From: a virus
Taxonomy: Duplodnaviria > Caudoviricetes
DNA length: 31,739 bases
Virus record (IMG/VR): IMGVR_UViG_3300020043_002259
Location: 1 to 31,739 of that record
Reading direction: 5' to 3' (one strand)
This document shows positions 6,293 to 15,568 of the stretch, piece by piece. Position numbers and translations under genes: made by a program. The stretch's first letter is position 1, and every line of letters begins with the position of its first letter. Under the pieces are notes generated by a model, which was given only the letters and a program-made list of their open reading frames with translations, searched no databases and was not told the DNA's origin.

Positions 6293-7100
6293 TCTTCATC
6301 CAATTTGGCATCTCAAGCTCAGTCCAGAAATTGTAACCAGGCCAAGTGTCGTTTCGCAGGCATTTGGAATAGATTTCAAGGTCTGCTTTGTAGGCATTCC
6401 TTCCAGCCAATAGAAATTCAGGAGGTAGAATGTAAACTGCAAGCAGGTAAGGAGCCTTTTTCTCCTGAGCGATCAGGATGAACTTCTTCGCCTTCTCGCC
6501 AATCGTCCGCAGGCCGTCCAAATAGAACGCTCCCTGGACATGATAACGGAAGTTGCAGACTGTCCTCAGGAAAGCCTGTGGTGAAGCATCCTCCGTGGTC
6601 TTGTAGTCAATGATCGTGCCATCGTGCAAGAGTCCATCAAGCCTGCCTCGGCAGTCTGTGAAGGTGTCTTCGTCCTGCCAGAAGGCAGACGCTTCAACGC
6701 AACGCAGGTCATCAAACAGCTTTTTAGCTGTGTGATTGTGTACTGCATCACGCATGGCCGTTACCTGCTGCCATTCGTCAGGGCTGACGATCTGCTTGCC
6801 AGTAGCCTGCTGCTGGTGATACTCGTACTCAGACTTTCCTTCCTTGGTGCGCCTGTCCAGTTTAGGAAGCACATAAAAGGAGTCTTCGTCACCTTCCATG
6901 ATAACCTTGTGGGCTAGGCTACCGAACAGCATTGCAGGAGTTGGAGGTTCCTTTGGAGCCGTCCTGCTGTAGTGAAACAAGGCAGGACATTTGTGGATCA
7001 AGTCGAGGCCGTGCTTGCTGACCTCGAAACGGGAATGGTATTCATTCTCGTCCAGGTTGAGGACAAGCCCATTGAGTTTTGGCTGAATTAGCTCGTCCAT
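6285..7100 (-). CDS. RecE/exonuclease VIII-like PD-(D/E)xK nuclease (DUF3799-like)
   Basis: EYH...S...L....CPA, AM.FGSLAH, DRRTKEGK, RGRLD, DYKTT, YHVQGAFY, EK.APY motifs. Confidence 0.88.
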   Translation of the reverse strand: MDELIQPKLNGLVLNLDENEYHSRFEVSKHGLDLIHKCPALFHYSRTAPKEPPTPAMLFGSLAHKVIMEGDEDSFYVLPKLDRRTKEGKSEYEYHQQQATGKQIVSPDEWQQVTAMRDAVHNHTAKKLFDDLRCVEASAFWQDEDTFTDCRGRLDGLLHDGTIIDYKTTEDASPQAFLRTVCNFRYHVQGAFYLDGLRTIGEKAKKFILIAQEKKAPYLLAVYILPPEFLLAGRNAYKADLEIYSKCLRNDTWPGYNFWTELEMPNWMKND

Positions 7101-7102
7101 AA

Positions 7103-7969
7103 TCAGAGTTTGTTGAGGTAGTTAAGGATGCGAGAAAGCTCTTTTTCGTTGCAGTCTGTAACCAGTTCCTTGTTAAGTTTGGAAAGCAAGGCTGGGACAT
7201 GATCACCACCTTGAGGGTGGGCAACAATCTGGTCAATCAGGTCAGCTTTAGAGCCAAATGGACTGTCAGCAGGAGCGGCAACAGGCTCAGGAGCAGCTTC
7301 GCCAGTGGAAAGCCATTGAGCGATGGATGATCCAGTTTCCTCTGTGATCTGGAAGATTTTGTCAGTAAACATTCCAGTTCGATCCTTTGATGCGCTTACC
7401 TGATGAGACATATCACAATCAAAAACAGTTGTGAATTCGTACTCAATACCATCTCGCATGATCGGGGCCATCCCAACCTTCTTAATCGTTGCCCTTCCGT
7501 TGCTGTCTTTATCAATGACATGATCCATCTTTGAGCGCAAACAGCAGATGACATGGATTTTAGATTGTAGAACAGCATCAAGGATTCCCTTGAATTTGTT
7601 TCCTGCGTCTGCCCAATTTGTGTAGGAATTTCCTCCACGGGCATCAAGCTTTGACTTGTACTCAAGAATTCCTTCCCAAATATGGGAGGCAGAATCAATC
7701 ACAAGAACCTCATAAGAAGCGTCCTCTGCTGCTTTAATTGCAGAGATAAACTTGTCGTGAGTGAATGGGGGAGACAGGTCGAGCGTGTCAAAGTCAAACC
7801 TGTCTGAGTACAGGCTTGCTGACCCGTTTTCTGTGTCAATTACTGCGACCTTTCCTCCGTTTGCCAATCCCTTAGCTAGACGGAGACTGCTAAACGTTTT
7901 CCCAGAACCAGAGGCTCCAGTAACGGCCAATTTGATTTTGGCTTGTTTGCGTGTTGCTTTCTTAAACAT
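7103..7969 (-). CDS. AAA_24 / Sak4-like ATPase (putative ssDNA annealing recombinase)
   Basis: GASGSGKT Walker A, IDTE, VIDSASH.W, R.G.EYEF, KDRTG; next to exonuclease and SSB. Confidence 0.85.
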   Translation of the reverse strand: MFKKATRKQAKIKLAVTGASGSGKTFSSLRLAKGLANGGKVAVIDTENGSASLYSDRFDFDTLDLSPPFTHDKFISAIKAAEDASYEVLVIDSASHIWEGILEYKSKLDARGGNSYTNWADAGNKFKGILDAVLQSKIHVICCLRSKMDHVIDKDSNGRATIKKVGMAPIMRDGIEYEFTTVFDCDMSHQVSASKDRTGMFTDKIFQITEETGSSIAQWLSTGEAAPEPVAAPADSPFGSKADLIDQIVAHPQGGDHVPALLSKLNKELVTDCNEKELSRILNYLNKL

Positions 7970-7982
7970 AGTCGTGTTGTAT

Positions 7983-8225
7983 TTAGTGTTGGGAGTTGAG
8001 GTAAGCTGCGATCATGTACAGAGACACAAGCAGGAATGCGGCAAAAGCAATCGCTTGCCAGAGATTGCTGAAGGTGTAATCAACCTTGCGATGGAAGTCC
8101 TTGTAATACTCAGAGGCCGCAGCCTCCGCAGTATTGTGAAGGTGTTCTTCGTACTCTCGCCTCCAGTTGGAACGGTTGTCGGTGATTCTGGTCAAAGCCA
8201 GAGGTTGGTATGTGTTGTTGTTCAT
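7983..8225 (-). CDS. Hypothetical protein with C-terminal TM helix
   Basis: Hydrophobic stretch LWQAIAFAAFLLVSLYMIAAYL. Confidence 0.6.
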   Translation of the reverse strand: MNNNTYQPLALTRITDNRSNWRREYEEHLHNTAEAAASEYYKDFHRKVDYTFSNLWQAIAFAAFLLVSLYMIAAYLNSQH

Positions 8226-8231
8226 ATTGTG

Positions 8232-8283
8232 TAGTGCCGTTGTGTGGCGGCACTAGTTGTAAAGAGGTTTCAAACCGCTGCAA
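8232..8283 (-). promoter_or_regulatory. Possible promoter (TTGCAG-N16-TACAAC) with adjacent 8-bp hairpin
   Basis: TAGTGCCG/CGGCACTA inverted repeat 8232-8255; -35-like box 8278-8283; heads the recombination operon. Confidence 0.4.
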
Positions 8284-8610
8284 CTACTTTTTTATACAAT
8301 AGTACAAAATCGTATAATAACGATTGATCAAAAACACCTTAAAAGCCTTACGCTCAATCTTTCCTGCCAAATAGAGGTCGAGCAGTTTTTTCTGCGCTCT
8401 GGTGTTTGTCACGCCCCAAATCAGGGAGATTTCACGGGCAGTCTTCCAGCCTGGAGGCACTTCCGTGTCCTCGGCTTTGACGGTTGAAATCATGCTCAAC
8501 CATTCGCTCTCTTCAGAAGTCTTTGAACCCTGTTGGGAGGTGGAATTTGCCACCCTCTTTGAGAGCGTGCCAAGCTTGCCACTCTCCTGTTTTCTCGTTG
8601 ATGTTGCCAT
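8284..8610 (-). CDS. Hypothetical protein, possible winged-HTH
   Basis: PPGWKTAREISLIWGV....AQKKL..L...GKIER is HTH-like; start uncertain (8610 or 8493). Confidence 0.5.
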   Translation of the reverse strand: MATSTRKQESGKLGTLSKRVANSTSQQGSKTSEESEWLSMISTVKAEDTEVPPGWKTAREISLIWGVTNTRAQKKLLDLYLAGKIERKAFKVFLINRYYTILYYCIKK

Positions 8611-9232
8611 AAATCCACCCATTAGAGTGCCTTAGGGTACTTGTAAAGGCCGAATTATAGTCCATATCAAGTTGGCAAAGCGCACCTGACGACATTGCAA
8701 TTCGCCTTTCAAGGCCAGGAGAGGTCACCGTGTCAGCAGTGTGAACATGACCGAAGATGCAACTGCCGTAAATTTGAGCGTGTTGCCTACAGGCGTTGAG
8801 TCCGTGGTGATAGCCATGCAGGAATCTGACCTTCCCTAGCTGTAAAACTCCGTTGCGCTTATGGTAGCGGAAGGAAGTAATGTTAAGTTTGGAATATAGC
8901 TTTCGCAGTTCCTCGATCCCCTTTGATGCATAATCAGCTTTTAGGCCGTTGTTGCTCTCAGCTAAGTGATAAAGCCTTTGGTCGTGGTTGCCTTCTAGGA
9001 CATACTTAGGCTTCCATTCCCGAAGGAACTGGCAACCGTCCTGCCAGTCAACCATCATTGACTCAGCTTGTTCTTCGGCTGAAGCTCCACGGCGAATTGC
9101 ACGAAGGTCAAACAGGTCACCTCCAAAAATGCGGACATGAGGCTTAAACGCCTCTGTAAAGTCCAGAAGACTCTTTACGGTCTTAGAGTCCTGCTTGTCT
9201 CCATGCAGGTCTGTGGCGAATATGAAGCGCAT
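8513..9232 (-). CDS. Calcineurin-like metallophosphoesterase
   Basis: DLH, GDLFD, GNHD, HG and GHVH motifs in order. Confidence 0.9.
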   Translation of the reverse strand: MRFIFATDLHGDKQDSKTVKSLLDFTEAFKPHVRIFGGDLFDLRAIRRGASAEEQAESMMVDWQDGCQFLREWKPKYVLEGNHDQRLYHLAESNNGLKADYASKGIEELRKLYSKLNITSFRYHKRNGVLQLGKVRFLHGYHHGLNACRQHAQIYGSCIFGHVHTADTVTSPGLERRIAMSSGALCQLDMDYNSAFTSTLRHSNGWIYGNINEKTGEWQAWHALKEGGKFHLPTGFKDF

Positions 9233-9381
9233 TATGGCTTGCGTTTGCCTGCCTTCTTGAGTGCCTGTTTCTGTACGGCGTAAGCAATGGCAACACTCTG
9301 CTTCTGAGGCTTACCATGCTTCATCTCAAGGGCGACATTCTTTCCGAAGGTCTTTTGCGAGTATCCTTTTGTGAGTGGCAT
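9232..9381 (-). CDS. Small basic phage protein (49 aa)
   Basis: Manual translation MPLTKGYSQKTFGKNVALEMKHGKPQKQSVAIAYAVQKQALKKAGKRKP; MPL.KG.S...GKPQKQA.AIA is a recurrent phage peptide pattern; TAATG coupling to the next gene. Confidence 0.8.
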   Translation of the reverse strand: MPLTKGYSQKTFGKNVALEMKHGKPQKQSVAIAYAVQKQALKKAGKRKP

Positions 9382-9388
9382 AATGGTT

Positions 9389-9416
9389 AGGCTAGGTTAA
9401 GGTTGAGAATGGTCAA
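9389..9416 (-). promoter_or_regulatory. Promoter TTGACC-N16-TAGCCT, probably leaderless
   Basis: -10 lies 7 nt before ATG 9381. Confidence 0.55.
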
Positions 9417-12400
9417 GGCTTTGATGCCAACTTCTCTGCGGCTTGCTGGGTGTCACGGATGCCAAGCAATGCGCCAGTTCCAGAATAAACACGGAACTTG
9501 CCTGAGTTTGACTTGATGATCCTAGTTCCGTTGCTGCCGTTAAGTACGGAAGGCATGGATGGATCAGGCTGGAAACGAATATCGTTAGAGCCTTGGTTGA
9601 ACCGCTGGGACAGGGGAATCACATTGCCAGCGTTGTCGTATGTGATTGGGTCGGCTTGTTTAATCACACGGATTCGATCTGAATATGGATAAGGAATCCA
9701 AAACGAAGGCTGTTTAACATCTTGATTTGGCCCTCCATAAGCCGAATCATCCCAAATCTGAACGGCATCAAAACCACGCGCTGCCAAATCTCTGGCCATT
9801 TTGCGCGCATCAAAAACTTGACCAACCATTCCAGGTGACAAAAACGCATACACTGGTTCTAAAAAATTCGAGTCATTGTGCACTTCAGCGTTTTGCAGTG
9901 CCTTCAAGACGATTCCAGTTTTTGTTTCAATTTCATTTTTGAAGGCTTGCGGCGTATAACCTTCCATGTCTAAAATGACTGGATTTTGAATCTTAACGCC
10001 AAGCGTTTTGATTACATCTCCATATCCTTTAACCGCGTCTTTTGTTGTTCCAAGAAAAAATCCTGCAATTCGTGATCCAGGACGCTGAATGCTTACTCGG
10101 TCAGAAAAGCGATCCCCTGGATCTACATCTGACATAATGGAGTTATAAAGAAGTGTTTCACTTGGTTGCAAGGACGCCTCATCAACCATCCTCTGCGCTG
10201 TTTCTGAATCTCCACTCTTAACAGCGTTAAGGTAGGCTGCATCTTGCTCAGGAGTAATTTGCTGGAACCTCACATTCTCAGCCTTCTTCTCTGACTTGAG
10301 GAAGTTGTCCTGAGCCTTCTTGATTGCAGCATCTTGGCTGGAAGCCACTCCAATTTCAGCCCCATCTTTGTCGTAAACCTTGTAAAGCTTGCTGCCAGCG
10401 TTCTTTAGGATGCGATAGCCGTCTGGATTCGTCCAAGCTTCACCGTTTGGCAGGGTTTCTGGAGTAAATGAGTCTGGCTGGAAACGCTGAACCAGCTTAT
10501 CGTAGGCGTTCTCTTGGACTACCTTGAGCCGTTCATTGGTGGGGGTGATCTCTGTGACTCGTTCAATGCGGAAATCACGAAAGGCACTGCCTCCAATACG
10601 CCGTTCCTTCCCCTTCGGCGTAATCATTGACAAAGGATCAATGGTTGGTTGGTTAATGTAATCCAAACGCTTCGGAAGCGTGACATTCATTGCGCTTGCA
10701 ATCAAATCACGCTTGGTTTCTCCCAACTTAACATTGCCATTGCCTAGCAATTCTGCGCTTGGGATAGCGTTTTCTGTGGATAGATTTCGCATTGAACGCT
10801 TAAAATCGTCCATAAAGGCATCCATGCTTGGCCATACGCCTTTGTGCTTAGGATCGCTCATAATCTTCTGAGCGTTCTGCTTCAACCTGCTCAAATCAAT
10901 GTATTTGGCATTGAAACCACCAGCAGAGTTTACATGAATGAACAGTGGATAAATCTCCTGTCTAGTTGGAGGTCTGACTGTTGACTCCATCTGGCCAGTT
11001 CGCTTTGAATACTTCCACACAGGGTTATTAACAGTGTCGAAGGTTGGCCCTTCTGGTGAAACCATTGAGGCGTAAAGCTGGCGCATGGTAGCCAACTGCT
11101 GATTTCCCATTCCTCGATCCTTGGCGACTTGCAGGAATCTCTCAAAGACAGGCGCAGGAGTTGCAGATGTGATCTGAATTTGAGAGTCTTTGTCAGTGAT
11201 TGAGACTGGTTCACCTTTACGGTTCACCACTCTAACTGTTGCCTGATCGTCAGGACTCAACTGTTGGAAAGCCTGAACCGCTGCCTCGTAATCTGCCTTG
11301 GCAACATCCTGGTGTTCCTTCTCGGTTAGCAACCTTGGATTTCCGTTCTCGTCAGTTCCAAGAATGTCACGGGTTGCTCCGAATGTGGCCTGAGCAAACT
11401 TTGCAACATCAACTGGATTCTTTGGAATTGGAACAGTCTTTGGCGCAGCTTGCTTAGGCACTGCTCCGCCGCTTTTAGGATATTTACCACTTAACGCTTT
11501 ACGCAGAATTACATCGAGTTGCGGAATGCGAACAGGACGACCATTTGCGTCAGTGAAAGCCTTTGAAGGCGTGTTCAGATTGGTCTGTCCAGAATAAAGT
11601 TCTGTGGAAAGCTTATCAAGAACCCGCTGATCAATCTGCTCAAGCAGGTTGCGATGCCACATTGGAAGGCGATCAGGGTTAAAAGCCCCAGGTCGAGAGC
11701 GACCCATAAGTCTTTCAGCATAGATTGCAGTTGCCTCATCAAGCACAAAGTCCTTGGCTTCTTGAATAGCCTCTGGACTGTAACCAGCAGGATTATCAAG
11801 TTTATTGGCATAATCCAATGCCATCTTATAACCTATTGGGTTGTTCTTATAGGACTCTGCCAACTCCTTAGCCTTTGCTGACCAATCTGCCTCAGTGTAA
11901 AGACCAGGCTTAAGAATGTTTCCATCGGCATCCCTGATGCCATCGTAAAGATTACGCAACTCAGGAAGCAAAGAAGCCCTGATTCCAACATTAACTAGCT
12001 GGTGAGTTGTTTCATGGAACACAGTTCCAGCGTTAAGTCTGGAAGGATTGATAGAAATCGTGTTTCCAACAATGTCAAAGGCGTTTGGGCTGTTCTTTGG
12101 CCCAACGACAACGGTTGCCCCATGAGCTTCAGCCAACCTCAGAGCATCCAGCATATCCGCTGCTCTCTCAGGCCCAGCAACCTTAATGGCCTGATCCATG
12201 ATCTGAGCATACTCAATGCGGCTCTTTTCGTCAGGAATGGCGTTTACAAAGGTCTTAATGTCACCCAAGGCATTTGCATCGCCTCTAGCTGTGGGAGCCT
12301 TAGCAAGCGTTTTAACGGCACTTACAGAGGCTTTAATTGGCCCTGTCAGAGAAGAAACTCCAAGGGCAGACCCAACACCAGCGGCAGCACCTTCTTCGCC

Positions 12401-13699
12401 TCCTGCCATGTAGCCAAGTCCTGCTCCAATTCCAGCGGCAGGAATGAAGTCCTTGGCAGTTTCCTTGGCAACCTGACCAGCAAACTGGAACGCAGGTTGG
12501 GTAGGAAGCAACGCCTTGGCAATGTTCCTTGCAGATTGGCTAATTCCAGAATCAACTGCCATCTTTTCAAACAGACCAGAACGAGATGCTCCAGTTTTAG
12601 CCACCTTTGCGGCTGAGCCAATGAAGTCTGCTCCTGCTGCAATGCCTTTAAGGGTAGCAGAAGCGGCTCTCAGGCCAACTGTAGCTCCAAGCGTTCCTGC
12701 AACAGCGCCTTCAATGTCTCCTTGCCTGTAACCAAGTCCAGCACCAACCAAAGCCTGAGCAGTTTCATTCTTAATCAGGTTTCTGGCAAGGTTAATTGGA
12801 GCGTTTGCAACTTTGGCTGCTGTTTCAACAGTCTTTGCAGCGGCTTGAACGCCAGTTGCGCCAAGATTGCCAGCAGTTTCAGCGGCTTTTGCAGTAAACT
12901 CAGCGGCTTTGGTTGCGGCAGGAAGCTTGGCGGCAGACTCATAAAAGCCCTTCTTTGCAATTCCCTTGCCAACTCCTTTAGCCAAGCCTTTAGCAAGTCC
13001 TGTAATCGTAAAAGCATCAATAAACCTTGCTCCCTTGGCAACATCCTCAAGAGCAGCACCTTGGACAAGTTTATCAGCAGCCTCAACCATTTCCAATGCT
13101 GCCAATTCCTTCTTGCGTTCAGAATCAATCAGATTCTTGTAATCATCTGGCGTTGCAGCCCTAGAGGTAACGCTAGGAGCAGGCCCATAGGCGTAACCGT
13201 AGTCGGTCACAGACTGCTTTGCGAACTCGTCAAAGGTTGGGATTCGCTGGGTTGGGTCAATCAGCTTTAGACCAAGCTGAGCAAGGTCAATGGCTCCTGC
13301 GCCAACACCTCTTGCAGCAGAACTGATAACCTTGGCAGTAGCTAGGTTATCGCCCTTTGCAGGAGCCTCAACCATGGTCTTGCCAGCAGCATAAGCACCC
13401 TTCAGAACATCTTTAACAAGCGTTCCAGCTGCATCAAGAGCAATGCCACCCATTTCAGCGGCGGTCATCTTCTTGTCGCTGCGGAAGTTGTTCAGCTTGA
13501 TGTAATCATCATCTGAAATGTTGGCGATGAAGTCTTTAACATCGCCTCCTTCTTGCTGAAACTTCTGCAAATCAAAGGCAACATCTTGACCTTCTCTTGG
13601 GAAGGCTTCAGAAACAGCCTGATTGATTTCCTCCTGAGTCGCATCATCAGGAAAAGTCAGGGTTTGATTGCGAGACTCAACAAGGATTTGTTTGGGCAT
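9413..13699 (-). CDS. Large internal virion/ejection protein of polyvalent type (HExxH peptidase-like and ART-like domains)
   Basis: 1428 aa at the end of the virion module. N-terminal FPDDATQEEI motif, Gly/Ala-rich hydrophobic segments, FHETTH...DEA zincin motif, C-terminal DAAYL.AV..GD...AQRMVDEA...IK.ADPITYD..GNVIPLSQRF block. Confidence 0.75.
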   Translation of the reverse strand: MPKQILVESRNQTLTFPDDATQEEINQAVSEAFPREGQDVAFDLQKFQQEGGDVKDFIANISDDDYIKLNNFRSDKKMTAAEMGGIALDAAGTLVKDVLKGAYAAGKTMVEAPAKGDNLATAKVISSAARGVGAGAIDLAQLGLKLIDPTQRIPTFDEFAKQSVTDYGYAYGPAPSVTSRAATPDDYKNLIDSERKKELAALEMVEAADKLVQGAALEDVAKGARFIDAFTITGLAKGLAKGVGKGIAKKGFYESAAKLPAATKAAEFTAKAAETAGNLGATGVQAAAKTVETAAKVANAPINLARNLIKNETAQALVGAGLGYRQGDIEGAVAGTLGATVGLRAASATLKGIAAGADFIGSAAKVAKTGASRSGLFEKMAVDSGISQSARNIAKALLPTQPAFQFAGQVAKETAKDFIPAAGIGAGLGYMAGGEEGAAAGVGSALGVSSLTGPIKASVSAVKTLAKAPTARGDANALGDIKTFVNAIPDEKSRIEYAQIMDQAIKVAGPERAADMLDALRLAEAHGATVVVGPKNSPNAFDIVGNTISINPSRLNAGTVFHETTHQLVNVGIRASLLPELRNLYDGIRDADGNILKPGLYTEADWSAKAKELAESYKNNPIGYKMALDYANKLDNPAGYSPEAIQEAKDFVLDEATAIYAERLMGRSRPGAFNPDRLPMWHRNLLEQIDQRVLDKLSTELYSGQTNLNTPSKAFTDANGRPVRIPQLDVILRKALSGKYPKSGGAVPKQAAPKTVPIPKNPVDVAKFAQATFGATRDILGTDENGNPRLLTEKEHQDVAKADYEAAVQAFQQLSPDDQATVRVVNRKGEPVSITDKDSQIQITSATPAPVFERFLQVAKDRGMGNQQLATMRQLYASMVSPEGPTFDTVNNPVWKYSKRTGQMESTVRPPTRQEIYPLFIHVNSAGGFNAKYIDLSRLKQNAQKIMSDPKHKGVWPSMDAFMDDFKRSMRNLSTENAIPSAELLGNGNVKLGETKRDLIASAMNVTLPKRLDYINQPTIDPLSMITPKGKERRIGGSAFRDFRIERVTEITPTNERLKVVQENAYDKLVQRFQPDSFTPETLPNGEAWTNPDGYRILKNAGSKLYKVYDKDGAEIGVASSQDAAIKKAQDNFLKSEKKAENVRFQQITPEQDAAYLNAVKSGDSETAQRMVDEASLQPSETLLYNSIMSDVDPGDRFSDRVSIQRPGSRIAGFFLGTTKDAVKGYGDVIKTLGVKIQNPVILDMEGYTPQAFKNEIETKTGIVLKALQNAEVHNDSNFLEPVYAFLSPGMVGQVFDARKMARDLAARGFDAVQIWDDSAYGGPNQDVKQPSFWIPYPYSDRIRVIKQADPITYDNAGNVIPLSQRFNQGSNDIRFQPDPSMPSVLNGSNGTRIIKSNSGKFRVYSGTGALLGIRDTQQAAEKLASKP

Positions 13700-13700
13700 A

Positions 13701-14966
13701 TTACCTTTGAATAATCAGCTTACCAGTTTGAGGATCACGAACGAATTGAAGCCCACCTGGGCTTGGAATAGTAACAGGGTTAACAGCTTGTCCAGCAGTA
13801 GGAGGCTCAACAGAAATGATTGGCCTGCCGTCATTTGAAATCGCAGCAGATGGAGGAAGGCTTTGCGTTTGTTCTTGTTGATTTGAAATTGGGACATTGC
13901 GAATGTCAAAATTCTGCAAATCAATTTGAGGTGCTTGATATGATGAAAGTTCCTTTTTCTTTGATGCAATAAGACTGTCCATCAGTGAAATAAACTCATC
14001 CAACCGCTTCTGATATTGTTCGGGGCTTTGTCCCAAATTATCAACATCTGTTAATGCGTTTGTAATAGCTGCCCCTTCAGCATTACTAAGCGCACCCATT
14101 CCTTTAAGCATTGTAACCGCTTGAGCAAAAGCTGCGCTTTTGAGCCTTTTAGCATTGGCAGCAAAGTTATATTGAGGTGTTCCTTGAATGTTCCTATCGA
14201 AAGCCTTCTTTGCCACAGCTAACGGATTGCCTCCGCCTACGGTTTCAAGAAGTGCTGGACTTTCTCTCATTTCCTTTGCTAGGCTAAGTGCGTTGTCAAA
14301 AATTTTGACACTCAAACCCAAGCCCGTGGCAGCACTGCTAGACTCTTGTTTTGTTTTACTTGCCTCAGTGGAGGCTTTTTGTTCGGTTTGAGCAAGTTCA
14401 GCTTGAGCTTTTTTCAATGCAAGTTCTTCAGCTTGCTTTTCAAGTTCAGTCTGAAGCTTCATTGGTTGACCCTTTGGGCCAATAGCAAAGTTAACACCTT
14501 CAACAGACTCAACACGCATAGGCTGAACAATCTCAGGCTTGCCATAAATTAGGTCAATATCCTGAGCCGCTTTGTTCCTAAATTGATCTAGGAGTTTATA
14601 TTTAACAACATTCTCAACACCACCAACCTTGTTAGCCAGTTCGTTAAACCGTTGCTCAATAAGTTGAGCGTATTGAAGGCGACCTTGGTCTGGCTTAATT
14701 TGCTGAGACTGTTGCTGAACTGGTGCAGCTTGCTGCATTTGAGGTTCTGCAAAACGCTCAACTGGAATGTTTGCAGGCTGAATCTGCTGCTCGTAGTACC
14801 TTTGCAATACATCAGGAGACAACGATCCAGATTGAAAGTAACCAGCATTCGGCATCACTGCAACATCTACAGGTTGAGCGTAGCGTTGAATTGAGCTTGG
14901 AGAGATTGTTGGCTGAATGCCCATAGAAGCACCCAATCCAAACTGTTGAGGTGAAAATTCAGCCAT
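13701..14966 (-). CDS. Internal virion / DNA ejection protein (P22 gp20-like position)
   Basis: Gln-rich N-terminus, coiled coil, LKGMGALSNAEG motif seen in podovirus DNA-transfer proteins; synteny. Confidence 0.6.
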   Translation of the reverse strand: MAEFSPQQFGLGASMGIQPTISPSSIQRYAQPVDVAVMPNAGYFQSGSLSPDVLQRYYEQQIQPANIPVERFAEPQMQQAAPVQQQSQQIKPDQGRLQYAQLIEQRFNELANKVGGVENVVKYKLLDQFRNKAAQDIDLIYGKPEIVQPMRVESVEGVNFAIGPKGQPMKLQTELEKQAEELALKKAQAELAQTEQKASTEASKTKQESSSAATGLGLSVKIFDNALSLAKEMRESPALLETVGGGNPLAVAKKAFDRNIQGTPQYNFAANAKRLKSAAFAQAVTMLKGMGALSNAEGAAITNALTDVDNLGQSPEQYQKRLDEFISLMDSLIASKKKELSSYQAPQIDLQNFDIRNVPISNQQEQTQSLPPSAAISNDGRPIISVEPPTAGQAVNPVTIPSPGGLQFVRDPQTGKLIIQR

Positions 14967-14977
14967 AATGTTAATTG

Positions 14978-15550
14978 TTAAAACCCAGCAGAAGTTCCAA
15001 TCGTGTATCTGTACGCTTCAGGACTTACATAACGCGGAACTGCCACAGGAGCAGGCTGCGCTGGTTGTTGATAAACTTGAGGTTGAGAAACTGGCATTGA
15101 TGGTGTTAAGCCAATTGCGCTCATCATTGCAGCTTGAGTTGCGGCAAATCTCTGCGCTTCAGCAGCCTTAGCTGCGGCAGCCTGCTGTTGAGCAAACTGC
15201 ATATAGCTTCCCAAGCCTTGGTTAAAGCCTTGCAACTGCTCAGGAGACATTCTGCCAATGTTTTGAGCAGCGGCAGCAAGACTCTCAGGCATTGGAACGC
15301 CAGACTGTTGAGCGTAGCGTTGGGCGATCTCAAAGGAAGGCTGAGTTGCCATTTGCATTCCTGCAAGTTGCTGAGCCTCTTTTGTTGCGAGTTGTTGAGC
15401 TTCCTGGCCCTTAGCGTATCCAGATGCAGCTTGTCCAACCATGCCCTTAAAACCTTCAATAATATTCTGCGTTGGCTGGGTAAGCATCTGATAATAGTTG
15501 CTAGGAACCCACTGGTAGCCTCCTGAGTATTGTCCAAAGTATTGTGCCAT
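14978..15550 (-). CDS. Putative internal virion protein
   Basis: Q/A/G-rich 190-aa ORF within the ejection gene cluster. Confidence 0.55.
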   Translation of the reverse strand: MAQYFGQYSGGYQWVPSNYYQMLTQPTQNIIEGFKGMVGQAASGYAKGQEAQQLATKEAQQLAGMQMATQPSFEIAQRYAQQSGVPMPESLAAAAQNIGRMSPEQLQGFNQGLGSYMQFAQQQAAAAKAAEAQRFAATQAAMMSAIGLTPSMPVSQPQVYQQPAQPAPVAVPRYVSPEAYRYTIGTSAGF

Positions 15551-15568
15551 GATGTAGTTAAGTTGAAT

